Notes: a model not told the origin generated them from the sequence alone. Counted from the stretch's first letter, positions 45,094-55,175 are shown. The stretch is 55,448 bases of DNA from Candidatus Woesearchaeota archaeon (GCA_018303125.1 JAGVYS010000004.1:1-55448), one strand, 5' to 3'. A program made the numbers and translations.

Positions 45094-46815
45094 ATGCTCG
45101 GCAACATTTTTTTTGAAATAGGAATAATAATAGTTGTTGCAACGCTGTTTGGGTTTATTGCCAAAATGCTTAGGCAGCCGCTCATACCAGCCTATGTCCT
45201 AGCTGGCTTGCTTATAGGCCCTGTATTCAGTCTTGTATCAAACCAGAGCATAATATCTACTTTATCAGAGATGGGCATAGCATTCCTGCTTTTCATAGTC
45301 GGGCTTGAGCTGAACTTTAAAAAGCTCAAAAGCGTTGGCTTTATGTCTGCCATCGGCGGCACAGTGCAATGCCTTATCGTATTTGTAATCAGCTTTGCAC
45401 TTGTGTCAATGCTCGGATTTGCTACCCTTGAAGCATCGTATATAGGCATCATACTTGCGTTCTCATCAACAATGGTTGTCATAAAGATTCTCTCTGACAG
45501 GAAGGAGCTGGATACCTTGCACGGAAGGATTATAATAGGAATCTTGCTGATGCAGGATTTTATCGCCATATTGGCTCTGTCTGTGCTGGGCAACATTGAT
45601 GGATTCAACTTGGCTCTGCTGATAGCTGCAATAGGTAAAGTGTTTGTCCTTTGCTCCACTGCATGGCTTGCAAACAAGCTGGTTTATCCATGGTTTTTCA
45701 AGCACTCTGCATCAATTCCTGAACTCCTTTTTCTTGGTGCCGTTACAGTCTGTTTCCTTTTTTCATTCCTGTCTGTATGGGTACTTGGCTTCTCCGTTTC
45801 CATAGGTGCATTCATAGCAGGAATTTCACTTGCTAACTTGCCCTACAACTTTGAGATAATAAGCAGGGTAAAATCTATAAGGGATTTTTTCTCGACGATA
45901 TTCTTTGCCTCACTTGGCATGAGTATATTGCCAATAACGCAGGAGCAAATATGGCTGCTTATCCTGCTCTTTGTCATTGTAACAATAATAAAGCCTATAG
46001 CTATATTGTGCATAACTGCCTTCTTCGGCTACAAGAAGCGCATAGCCTTCCTTAGCGGGATTTCCCTCGGGCAGACAAGCGAATTTTCTCTCATAATAGC
46101 AACTCAGGGATTACTTCTTGGACATGTTTCCGAAAGCATATTCTCAATATCTGTCATATTGGCTGTATTGACGATGATGGGGACAAGCTACATGATAAAA
46201 TATGAGTACCATGTGTACAGCATACTTAAAGGAATGTTAAGCAGGTTTGACAATTTCTCAGTGAATAGCAAATATGAGCTGGTGAAAAATCATAAGTATG
46301 ATGTACTCTTGGTTGGTTATGACCGCATAGGCTATTCAATAGTGAAGAAACTCCATATAATGAAAAAGAAACTCCTTGTTATTGACTATAATCCAGAGGT
46401 TATCAAAAAGCTCATCAGCGAAGGCATACATTGTATTTATGGAGATATATCTGACCATGAGATTCTTGAAAGGGTAAACCTCGGCAAGACGTCAATGGTC
46501 ATATGTACCTCGCCTGATAAGGTAGCGAATTCAGTACTGATAAAGAAATCAAGGGAGCAGAACAGAAACATAGTTATATTCACAACCGCATATACTGTTG
46601 AAGATGCACTTGAGCTTTATGAAGAGGGCGCAGATTATGTTATCCTGCCTCATTTCCTGAGCGGCGAGCATGCATCGATACTTATTGAAAAATTTGGCAA
46701 TGATTCAGGCAAGTTAACCCGACATAAGATTAACCATATAGCTGAGCTGAGAAGCAGGCATAAGCTGGGGCATTTGCACCCGCAGCATCACAATGAAACC
46801 AGACTACACGGATAA
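45094..46815 (+). CDS. CPA2 cation:proton antiporter with RCK/TrkA_N domain (KefB/C-like)
   Basis: About 13 TM segments, LLFIVGLEL, FSSTMVV, ILLMQD, GYDRIG, IYGDISD. Confidence 0.92.
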   Translation: MLGNIFFEIGIIIVVATLFGFIAKMLRQPLIPAYVLAGLLIGPVFSLVSNQSIISTLSEMGIAFLLFIVGLELNFKKLKSVGFMSAIGGTVQCLIVFVISFALVSMLGFATLEASYIGIILAFSSTMVVIKILSDRKELDTLHGRIIIGILLMQDFIAILALSVLGNIDGFNLALLIAAIGKVFVLCSTAWLANKLVYPWFFKHSASIPELLFLGAVTVCFLFSFLSVWVLGFSVSIGAFIAGISLANLPYNFEIISRVKSIRDFFSTIFFASLGMSILPITQEQIWLLILLFVIVTIIKPIAILCITAFFGYKKRIAFLSGISLGQTSEFSLIIATQGLLLGHVSESIFSISVILAVLTMMGTSYMIKYEYHVYSILKGMLSRFDNFSVNSKYELVKNHKYDVLLVGYDRIGYSIVKKLHIMKKKLLVIDYNPEVIKKLISEGIHCIYGDISDHEILERVNLGKTSMVICTSPDKVANSVLIKKSREQNRNIVIFTTAYTVEDALELYEEGADYVILPHFLSGEHASILIEKFGNDSGKLTRHKINHIAELRSRHKLGHLHPQHHNETRLHG

Positions 46816-47050
46816 GGCCTTCCTTAGGATAGGCAAGAATGGACTCACAGAAGGCGCGGTTAGGGAAATAAGCATACAACTAAAAAAAAGAGGAGTGATA
46901 AGGATAAAGATTCTTAAGTCTGCCATGTCTACCGGGAATAAGGATGATCTGATAAAAAAGTGCCTGCAAAGCACAAAGGCTGAATTGATTAGCAGCATTG
47001 GCAACACGTTCACCATAAGATATAAAAAAGCGCAAGCCAAGGGAGATTGA
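46793..47050 (+). CDS. YhbY-like CRM RNA-binding protein
   Basis: LRIGKNGLT, GVIRIKIL, IGNTFTIR. Confidence 0.85.
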   Translation: MKPDYTDKAFLRIGKNGLTEGAVREISIQLKKRGVIRIKILKSAMSTGNKDDLIKKCLQSTKAELISSIGNTFTIRYKKAQAKGD

Positions 47051-47051
47051 T

Positions 47052-48446
47052 ATGATAACAGAAGCCGACATCAAGGAATTCGAATTTGAGCCCGAGATGG
47101 ATGAGGAGGTAAGGGCAGCAAAACCAATTTTCACAGGCTTCGTCAAGCCCATACTAAGGCATAGGCTTGTTGTTGAAGCTTATAACATGTCAATAGAGGA
47201 GCCTTACTTCTGGGTTCTGGAATACCTTAGAAACTATCATGGCTTCCCTTACATCATCAAGATTAATGATGTCTTTTCAGCTGCCGAGAACAGCTCTTTC
47301 TTCGGCGCATCCCAGCAAAGGCTCGGAATGCAGCAGGACAAAGTGAGCCAGTTCCTTGCCACTATTGGAAAGATGGTCAAGGAACTGTTCCAGCTTGTTA
47401 GGGAATTAAGGATATTGGACGAGAGGCTCGGTTATTACAAGGATTCTTATGACGCGGTATCAAAATCAAGGGAATCAGCAGAGATTACGCTCAAAGGCAT
47501 ATGGGTCGACATGGTTGAGCAGGGCGCAAAGAACCCGGCATCTGTTTACGGCATGGCAAGGGAAGTTCAGTTCACGACCTTGCCTGACTTATTCTTCAGT
47601 ACACATCCTGTCAAGCAGGAAGATGTGGATACAATAGTTGATACGGAAAGAGGCCAATTTAACAGGAAGGTAAGGGAAGTCTTGAAAAGGAAATTGAGAA
47701 GCTACCTTGCCTGGAAGGAGCATTCCTTTGAGGAGATAAAGAACAGGAGGATTTTCACATTAAAGTACCTAAGACAACACTATGACATAATCAAGATGTA
47801 TATCTCCTGGGCAAAGCCTTACTTGAGGAACATAGAAAGATTGACAATGGACCAGAGCAAGATGGAATCTCCGGATATGCTAAATGCATTCGAGAATTCA
47901 ATGATAGAGATAGAGATACTGGCAAAGAAGCCAGGCACACTGGTAAATCAAGTTATCCTTATGCATTTCCTTTACAGGACAAGGCCTGAGATGAATTACT
48001 CGCAGGAATACCAGAGGGGGCCGTTGCATGTCGGCAAGGTTGACATGAATTACCGGGCATATATATGGAGCGACGAGCAGATAGAGAAATACAAGAAACT
48101 CAAGTCAAGAGAGGATTTCAAGCTTCTTGGTGTGATAGACAGCTCGGTCAAAGCAGCAATGGAAAGCCTTGGTGAAGAGCTTGAAAGGTATCTTGGTGAG
48201 GCAGGGGAAGATTTCGAGTCAAAGCAGAAAGATGACATAAAAGTTGCAAAGGAGTCAGGGAAGCCCCATAGCAGCACATTTATTTCACTCAAGGAAATGG
48301 TAGGCAAGGCAGCTGAAAAAAAGAAGAAAAAACACGATGACTGGCACAGGCAGATAGAGGAAGCAGAAGTGACAAAAAAACTCATGGAGTCAATGTGGGG
48401 CCTTTACCATCACTTCAAGAAGCATCACGACATGCTCAACTGGTAA
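47052..48446 (+). CDS. Conserved-looking hypothetical protein (mostly helical)
   Basis: 464-aa ORF 1 bp after the yhbY-like gene; no motif I can name. Confidence 0.8.
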   Translation: MITEADIKEFEFEPEMDEEVRAAKPIFTGFVKPILRHRLVVEAYNMSIEEPYFWVLEYLRNYHGFPYIIKINDVFSAAENSSFFGASQQRLGMQQDKVSQFLATIGKMVKELFQLVRELRILDERLGYYKDSYDAVSKSRESAEITLKGIWVDMVEQGAKNPASVYGMAREVQFTTLPDLFFSTHPVKQEDVDTIVDTERGQFNRKVREVLKRKLRSYLAWKEHSFEEIKNRRIFTLKYLRQHYDIIKMYISWAKPYLRNIERLTMDQSKMESPDMLNAFENSMIEIEILAKKPGTLVNQVILMHFLYRTRPEMNYSQEYQRGPLHVGKVDMNYRAYIWSDEQIEKYKKLKSREDFKLLGVIDSSVKAAMESLGEELERYLGEAGEDFESKQKDDIKVAKESGKPHSSTFISLKEMVGKAAEKKKKKHDDWHRQIEEAEVTKKLMESMWGLYHHFKKHHDMLNW

Positions 48447-48466
48447 TAGGCTATATAGTTGGATAT

Positions 48467-49813
48467 ATGAAGAAAGGCAAAGCTACCTTCTGGATAATTT
48501 GTATCGTGGCAATTCTGATAGCCATCTTAATTGGGGTTTATCTGCTTGTCTTTTCTTTCGGAACTCAGAATGCCAAATCAGGAAGCAATTTACAGATTGA
48601 GAGCAATCCTGAATTCTTTGTTGTTCCGCAAACCTCATCCGAAAGACAGATTAGTAGCTTTGACGCTGCGATTGATGGTACCGATAATATCTATGTCTTC
48701 TGGGTTGATTTTGATAATATGGTGCGATATACATACAAAGAGGCAGGTGGCTCTTCATGGAGCGCAATAGCACAACTTCCAGACAGAGGAAAAGATGTGC
48801 GCATATTGCCTGCTAATGACGGGCTGCATGCAATTGTTGTTGGCGTATATTCACTGGGCATACATTCAGTAAAGCATTACTTAAGCAAAAACCAAGGCAA
48901 GACGTGGGAGCCAATGCCGGCAATAATTGAATCCGATAACTTTATCGCAGAATGCGATGCCACAGCAACGAATGAAGCCATCTACGTTGCTTGCTTGATG
49001 GGCGAACCTTCCACTGAAGACGTGCTTGAGCTCAAAATGGTGCGCATAGATTCCAATGGAATATCTTCAATAAGCACAGTTGCTGGGAATGTCACGAAGT
49101 CTGGAGCTATTCCCCCGAGCATCGAATTTTTTGGAGATGAGTTGCATGTTCTTTGGGCGGATAATATAGGTTTAACCAACACAAAATCTGCCATGCGGTA
49201 TGCGAAAAGCGCTGATGGTGGAAAGACATGGACTACTTCCCTTGATATCCTTTCCATCAAAGATGGCAGGAAATCTGTTTCAGATGAGGTCGTACAATAC
49301 CAATACATAGTGTCTGCGACAGTAGTTGCTACCCAAAAGCGCATCTATGCATTGTATGCTAGCAGTGCACCTTGGATTTCATTTTCATCCGATGGAAAAG
49401 ACTGGCCAGCACCAATCTCTGTCTCACCATATAGTCAAGGTAGTTGGGGTGATGCATCAATAAAAATGGTTAGCACGCCAGAATGCGATAGCGTTATATG
49501 GATTGACGGGCGCTTTGAGAAGCGAGACATAAATATAGGACTCCCATGGTCAGATGCTGATCCCTCATGGCACAATAATGATATCCTTACTGCATGCCTG
49601 CCAGAAAATATAGATGGCCTTCTCAAAGACAAACTGGAATGGAAGCGCATAACGCCAAAGTTTTCATATAGCGATGAATTGAAGGCACTGCAATCAGGCT
49701 CAAAAACCTATGTCTTCTGGTCAGGTGTTGAGAGAGTATCTAAAGCCAGCAAAGAAAATCTCCCTGAAAAGATTTCTGAAGAAGGATCAAATATTTTCTA
49801 TGCGGTAATTTAG
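48467..49813 (+). CDS. Membrane-anchored BNR/Asp-box beta-propeller (sialidase-like fold)
   Basis: TM anchor after MKKGK; Asp boxes SKNQGKTW, SADGGKTW, SSDGKDW. Track start 48395. Confidence 0.75.
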   Translation: MKKGKATFWIICIVAILIAILIGVYLLVFSFGTQNAKSGSNLQIESNPEFFVVPQTSSERQISSFDAAIDGTDNIYVFWVDFDNMVRYTYKEAGGSSWSAIAQLPDRGKDVRILPANDGLHAIVVGVYSLGIHSVKHYLSKNQGKTWEPMPAIIESDNFIAECDATATNEAIYVACLMGEPSTEDVLELKMVRIDSNGISSISTVAGNVTKSGAIPPSIEFFGDELHVLWADNIGLTNTKSAMRYAKSADGGKTWTTSLDILSIKDGRKSVSDEVVQYQYIVSATVVATQKRIYALYASSAPWISFSSDGKDWPAPISVSPYSQGSWGDASIKMVSTPECDSVIWIDGRFEKRDINIGLPWSDADPSWHNNDILTACLPENIDGLLKDKLEWKRITPKFSYSDELKALQSGSKTYVFWSGVERVSKASKENLPEKISEEGSNIFYAVI

Positions 49814-49960
49814 CCTTATTTATGAACAGTGCGAAAGACTCTGCCAAGATTTTGTAACCTGGCCGCATACAAGAAAGAAAAAAGTCAGATTTGAGTGTAA
49901 AAAGAGAATAAATCCCTTCACATCACAACATTTATATAATATACTAATCCATATACTAAT

Positions 49961-52192
49961 ATGCAGTTTCATTCTGGTTATGCAGCTATGGCAGATGCGT
50001 ATGGCAGTTCTGCCTATCATGGTCCCATGGACAGGGACTTTCATGAATCAAGCGAGCATGTCGCCGGGGCAGAAAGCTTGGGCCTTGGTGTTGGCGATAT
50101 TGGAATGAGTGTTCCTTTTGGCATCAGCGCACCTAATGTGCAGGGAGTATACAGCAAGATAAGGTCAGGTGTAGGCAAGATGGAGCTTGGCTTTCCCGGT
50201 GCAATATCAGGGAACAGGCAGGCACAGACTCCTGAAATGTACGGCAAGGACCAGAGACAGGCATTGAGGGAGTTAGCAGCTATTAACGAGGTAGAATACA
50301 CTACACATGCCGCGTATCAGATGATGGGAATGACAGGCGCAATAGAGCAGGCCTCTGACATGATAAAGTTTGACATGAACAGGGCAAGGATGGCGCAGCA
50401 TGAAGTCGAGAGAGCAATTGATTTTGCTGCAGATGTTGCTGGAGGCGGAAGTGTCGTCATACATACCGGAGAATTCCTCAGGCCTTTAACAGATATGTAT
50501 CTTGACCCGACCAAAAAGCATAATCTCTCCGCAGGAGAAGACGGCAGGATAATGTTCAAGCAAAGGCTCACTGAAGACAAGGACGCAAAATTTTACCTTG
50601 TTGATGACCGAACTGGTCAAGCAATGAGCACAGTTGAAAAGGACAGGCTCGTTGCTTACCCTGTCTGGAACAAATACCTTCCTGATAACACAAAATTCTG
50701 GGAAAGGGAAAGAGGGAAGAGCTACATTGATGACAACGGGAGCGAGGTAAGGCAAGGAGATTACATTGATTACAGGGGAAACCGCGTTAATGACCCATTC
50801 GACCCAAGGAAAGGGCGAGTTCCGCTTTACGATAATGTCTCAGGCAGATTCAGAGTAAGGTACATGAGCTACGATGATTTCGACACAGAGGCAAAGGAGA
50901 AGAATTACTACAAGCAGAAAAGAATTGGCAGGCCACTTACTTTCTATGAAACAATAACGCAGACAGAGGCATTTTTACAGGCAACACTGGAAACAAACGA
51001 AGGGCACTCAAGGGGATGGGCTCTGCAGTATGCAGACAGGGTTGACAAGGAATTTGACCTCATGGACAAGCTTTACAAGGCAAAGGAAGTTTATTCGAAG
51101 CTTGATGCAAGTATTCCTGAAAGCGAGAAATGGAAAATAATGGTCCAAGAATCCGCAGCTTCCCATAGCCATGCCTTGCAACAGCTAATCCCTCCTGACT
51201 CGAAAAATCCTGTTGAGCTTATTGACGAAAACATAAGCTCGCTTCGCAAGCAAATTGAGTTCGCAAGGCAGGCATCTGTTTCACAGGAGCAGCAGGCAGA
51301 GGATACAGCAGAGCAGAAGAGGCACATTGTTGAGCCATTAAAATATGTGGAGAAATTCACTATAAGGCATTATGCTGAAGCGGGCCTGCATGCAATGAAC
51401 AAAACAATTGACCCGCAAAATCCAATCTTTGTTTCTATAGAGCATATCTTCCCTGAGCGTTTTGGCGGCCATCCGCAGGAGCTCAAATGGATAGTGAAGA
51501 AAGCACGGGAAAAAATGGAAGATTATCTTACCTCTCCAGAGATGGAGTTAGGTACAACATATGCGGGCCAATCTGTCTTTGACCGTGATCCCGTGACTCA
51601 AGAGCTGATACTTAAGAAGCAAAAAAACCCATATTTTGTACCGGGAATGAGCAAGGGGGAGGCAAAAAAAATTGCAGAGGACCATATTAAGGCAACCCTA
51701 GACACAGGCCACCTTAACATGTGGAGAAAGTATTTCCAGCCTAAGCCTGGCGCAACATCTGAACAGAACGAAGCAGAGTTCAAGAAATGGTATCTAGGCC
51801 AGATAGAAGGTCTTGCAAAGGAAGGCCTTGTTGGAAACGTGCATCTTGTTGATAACTATGGCTACCAAGATGACCATCTCTCTCCAGGCACAGGAAACGC
51901 GCCGCTTAAGGAGGCTCTTGCTGTTCTCAAGAAATTCGGGTATGACAAGGCAATAACTATAGAGCCTGGCGCAGATGCCTCAACTGACCTAAGTGATTTC
52001 CACGGCCTTATGAAGACATGGAGATATTTAGGCTCACCAATTTACGGTTTTGGTGCATCATCAGGCGGCCAGCAAAGATGGTCACAGGTGCAGTATGGCT
52101 ACTTTGGCCAAGGCCAGCCTCCATACTTCATATTCGGCGCATACGCCCCAAGCAATGACTGGACTCTCTGGAGCCAGACTCCCATGGAATAG
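49961..52192 (+). CDS. Xylose-isomerase / AP-endonuclease-2-like TIM barrel with large insertion
   Basis: TTHA, VVIHTGE, VSIEH, TLDTGH, VHLVDN, DDHL, TIEPG in the expected order. Confidence 0.75.
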   Translation: MQFHSGYAAMADAYGSSAYHGPMDRDFHESSEHVAGAESLGLGVGDIGMSVPFGISAPNVQGVYSKIRSGVGKMELGFPGAISGNRQAQTPEMYGKDQRQALRELAAINEVEYTTHAAYQMMGMTGAIEQASDMIKFDMNRARMAQHEVERAIDFAADVAGGGSVVIHTGEFLRPLTDMYLDPTKKHNLSAGEDGRIMFKQRLTEDKDAKFYLVDDRTGQAMSTVEKDRLVAYPVWNKYLPDNTKFWERERGKSYIDDNGSEVRQGDYIDYRGNRVNDPFDPRKGRVPLYDNVSGRFRVRYMSYDDFDTEAKEKNYYKQKRIGRPLTFYETITQTEAFLQATLETNEGHSRGWALQYADRVDKEFDLMDKLYKAKEVYSKLDASIPESEKWKIMVQESAASHSHALQQLIPPDSKNPVELIDENISSLRKQIEFARQASVSQEQQAEDTAEQKRHIVEPLKYVEKFTIRHYAEAGLHAMNKTIDPQNPIFVSIEHIFPERFGGHPQELKWIVKKAREKMEDYLTSPEMELGTTYAGQSVFDRDPVTQELILKKQKNPYFVPGMSKGEAKKIAEDHIKATLDTGHLNMWRKYFQPKPGATSEQNEAEFKKWYLGQIEGLAKEGLVGNVHLVDNYGYQDDHLSPGTGNAPLKEALAVLKKFGYDKAITIEPGADASTDLSDFHGLMKTWRYLGSPIYGFGASSGGQQRWSQVQYGYFGQGQPPYFIFGAYAPSNDWTLWSQTPME

Positions 52193-52232
52193 CGAGGAAA
52201 AGTTAATATATTCTGCAATTAATGTATGCCCT

Positions 52233-52685
52233 ATGGGCCTTAACAAGGATGATTTCGACAGGCTTGAGCCTGAAGCCAGGATAAAGAAACTGCGAAAGAT
52301 TGAGGAAAGCAGCAAGAGTGACCTAAAGGAGGCAGGCGAGCTTATAAAAAGGGCAAAAGCAGAGATAAGCACAAAGCTGCCTGAAGGGATAAGGGTTCCT
52401 GAGCCTGTAAGGGTTGACATAACCACAATTTTTGATGAGATTCCTGGGCTTGAAGCTACAGTAAGGATGGAGGCATTTTCAGCAGAGGAGCAGATTAGGT
52501 ACATCTCTGCAGAGATGCAGACTGTGATAGAGCAGCATTACGGCGCAACTGACAGCTTCGTAAAGCACGTTTTTCAGGTAAAGCTAGATGACCTAAATAA
52601 GTATGAGAATGAGGCAGACAAGGTATCGGATGGCGCTGCCTCAAGGTCTGTGCTGAAGAGCATTAAGAAATATTCGCTGGGTTGA
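52233..52685 (+). CDS. Hypothetical acidic helical protein
   Basis: ATG at 52233. The track ORF from 52050 overlaps the upstream gene, so its N-terminal extension is probably spurious. Confidence 0.65.
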   Translation: MGLNKDDFDRLEPEARIKKLRKIEESSKSDLKEAGELIKRAKAEISTKLPEGIRVPEPVRVDITTIFDEIPGLEATVRMEAFSAEEQIRYISAEMQTVIEQHYGATDSFVKHVFQVKLDDLNKYENEADKVSDGAASRSVLKSIKKYSLG

Positions 52686-52694
52686 ATCCTAAAA

Positions 52695-53231
52695 ATGGAT
52701 ATCGACCAAATAAAGGACACATACCGGAATTTTCATGAGGAGTACCTTTCAGGCTCACCGGTGCTGCTGAAATATATGGAGCACGGTGTCTGGGCGCCAT
52801 CCTCAATAAAGGACATGTGGAGACTATTCAGGAAACATGGTGGCCGGGAAAAGAGATTCCTTGACCTTGGCTCGGGTGATGGCATCGCTGTTGCCACTGC
52901 ATCGCTTTTTTTCATGGAAGCCCATGGGATAGAGATTGATGAATCACTTTACAATTCGTCAAATAGGCTTATTGAGCTCTTGGGCATAAAAAACGCGCAT
53001 CTTGAAAAAAAGGATTTCATGGAAGCTGATTTCTCCGCATTTGATGCCATATTCATAGCACCTGACAAGCCGTTCACGCTAAAGCTTGAGAGGAAAATAA
53101 GGAACGAGCTTAACGGAATCCTCATTGTGTACTCTTCAATCTTCAGGCCTGAAACACTTAAGCCTTCTGAAATAATTCCAACAAAGCATCATGAGACAGC
53201 TCTCTACAAGAATTCAGCCATGAATGTGTGA
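52695..53231 (+). CDS. Class I SAM-dependent methyltransferase
   Basis: FLDLGSGDG, HGIEID, KKDFME; GVWAPS motif upstream. Confidence 0.8.
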   Translation: MDIDQIKDTYRNFHEEYLSGSPVLLKYMEHGVWAPSSIKDMWRLFRKHGGREKRFLDLGSGDGIAVATASLFFMEAHGIEIDESLYNSSNRLIELLGIKNAHLEKKDFMEADFSAFDAIFIAPDKPFTLKLERKIRNELNGILIVYSSIFRPETLKPSEIIPTKHHETALYKNSAMNV

Positions 53232-54034
53232 GCATCATTCACCTCAACCCCACCTATAAGGAACCTGTTCCTGCCCAGAATGACTATTCTCCCTTTCTTC
53301 AGCAGGGAATAAAAGTCATTGATGCAGCTTGGCTCTATATCCTCGGGAGTGTATTCTATTATTCCATTCCCGGCAACATATTTCCTTATTTTGTATACTC
53401 CAATCCCTTCAGAATAGATGACTATTCCCTTAAGAGCTGCCTCGATTGAATTAAGCAACGTCGCATCAGATGCTCCAATAACCTTCTTGTTCCTGTCAGC
53501 AATAAGCCTGCTATCCTCGCAGCCGAAGGAGCATGGAAAATGGGATATTAGGCAGGCATCAAAGCACCTCATTGAAGTGTTAATTCCGGCATAAAACGAT
53601 GAAGAATTTTTCCAGCTCTGGACAGTAAGGTCACTGCTTTTTGATTTCTCAATATTTTCTGAAAAAAAAGACCTGCAGCATTCCGGGTACCCTAGAATCT
53701 CCCCGAGTTTATTATTGTCATTCCTGTCCTCTGCTTCTTTGGCTTCAAGTGCTTTTTCCCCGCTTCTGGCTATGTACAGGACACTTTCGCCTTTCTCCAT
53801 ATTCCTTACTCCGCTGTCACTGAAGCATCTTGATGCATCATTCCTAAGCATCACTTTGAAATCAGAGGTTTCATAGAACAATCCATTTGACTTGACTAAT
53901 TCCTGCATGCCGGGTGAGGCAAATACTCTTGCCGCTTCCTTTGCGCCTTTCAGGACATAGAAGATATCAAGTGCCTTGATAACTGAGCATGTTACATCTG
54001 CAATTGATGCTATTTCACTCTTCATAGTAAGCAC
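53204..54034 (-). CDS. DUF483-like protein
   Basis: LGEILGYPECC and LISHFPCSFGC motifs. Confidence 0.65.
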   Translation of the reverse strand: MLTMKSEIASIADVTCSVIKALDIFYVLKGAKEAARVFASPGMQELVKSNGLFYETSDFKVMLRNDASRCFSDSGVRNMEKGESVLYIARSGEKALEAKEAEDRNDNNKLGEILGYPECCRSFFSENIEKSKSSDLTVQSWKNSSSFYAGINTSMRCFDACLISHFPCSFGCEDSRLIADRNKKVIGASDATLLNSIEAALKGIVIYSEGIGVYKIRKYVAGNGIIEYTPEDIEPSCINDFYSLLKKGRIVILGRNRFLIGGVEVNDAHTFMAEFL

Positions 54035-54107
54035 TATTTTGAAATGGTGACTAACCTTTATATACGTTTCTTCCCTATACTGACATTGGTAGCTTAAGGA
54101 CTATAAG

Positions 54108-54917
54108 ATGGAGATTGACATACCCAAAAGGCCCCATCCGAACATGGAGCATTACAGCGGCGAAGAGTATGAGATAGCCTCCAAGTTTGCAAGGGAAATA
54201 TACAAGGAGATGGGCAAGTATATCAAAGCAATAGTTCTCTTTGGCTCATCAGCTAGAAAAACAACTAAGCCGCATTCAGATGTCGATGTCCTTATCCTAA
54301 TGGATGACCTTTCCATTGTTCTTACTAGAGATGTTGCGGATGCTTACAGGATAGCCATACAGAACATAATTGCAAAGATATCAAAGAGGCTCCATGTAGT
54401 GACATTGAGAATAACCTCCTTCTGGGAGTACATGAGGAATGGCGACCCTATAGGGATAAATATACTAAGGGATGGAGTCTCTCTCTATGACTCTGGTTTC
54501 TTTGACCCTTTGCAGATATTGCTGAAGAAGGGAAGAATAAGGCCGTCAAGGGAAAGCATCTGGTCATATTACCTCAAGGCAATGCCCACTCTCAATAATG
54601 CTAAGTGGCATGTCCTTCAGGCAACAATAGACATCTACTGGGCTGTAATTGATGCTGCCCATGCAGCGCTAATGAGCCAGAACACTATTCCTCCCACTCC
54701 GGAGCATGTTGCTGACATGCTGGATGAAGTCTTGGTAAACAAAGGCCTTCTGGAAAAGAGATATTCCAAGATAATGAGAAACTGCTATGACAGGGCAAAA
54801 GCGATAATGCACAAGGAGATCCAGGAAGTATCGGGAAAGGACTTTGATTCTTACCTTAAAGAAGGCTTCGAGTTCATTGAGAGAATGAAAAGGTTTATAG
54901 ATATTAAAGTAAATTAA
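54108..54917 (+). CDS. MNT nucleotidyltransferase-HEPN fusion protein
   Basis: LFGSSAR...SDVDVLI, followed by a helical HEPN-like half (DIYWAVIDAAHAALM; RAKAIMH). Confidence 0.8.
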   Translation: MEIDIPKRPHPNMEHYSGEEYEIASKFAREIYKEMGKYIKAIVLFGSSARKTTKPHSDVDVLILMDDLSIVLTRDVADAYRIAIQNIIAKISKRLHVVTLRITSFWEYMRNGDPIGINILRDGVSLYDSGFFDPLQILLKKGRIRPSRESIWSYYLKAMPTLNNAKWHVLQATIDIYWAVIDAAHAALMSQNTIPPTPEHVADMLDEVLVNKGLLEKRYSKIMRNCYDRAKAIMHKEIQEVSGKDFDSYLKEGFEFIERMKRFIDIKVN

Positions 54918-54926
54918 AGATGAAAT

Positions 54927-55175
54927 ATGACATGGGAAAAATTGGTAATGGCTTCTGCTTTTCTATTATTGATGGTGACCGGATGCACTGGAATAAATAG
55001 TCTCAATAAATGCAATAGCCTTTGTATTGACGCCGGATTTAAAGAAGGCAATTGCGCTTGGCCAGATGAAGTTACAGAATCTTATTCAGAATCACTCGGT
55101 GAATGCCTCATTCCCAGTTCAAAGCACTGCGGTGCAAAGGGAGCCTGCGATTGTTACTGCCTAAAGACTGAATAG
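54927..55175 (+). CDS. Small Cys-rich putative lipoprotein
   Basis: Signal peptide ending VTGC; eight further Cys, including CDCYC. Confidence 0.65.
   Translation: MTWEKLVMASAFLLLMVTGCTGINSLNKCNSLCIDAGFKEGNCAWPDEVTESYSESLGECLIPSSKHCGAKGACDCYCLKTE

Noticed and set aside
52050-52232. N-terminal extension of the track ORF 52050-52685
   Set aside because: It overlaps the conserved-looking C-terminus of the TIM-barrel gene in another frame; ATG 52233 is more plausible.
52695-53231. DOT1-like histone methyltransferase acting on the histone at 27162
   Set aside because: Only generic class I SAM motifs are visible, and the genes are 25 kb apart with no evidence of a link.
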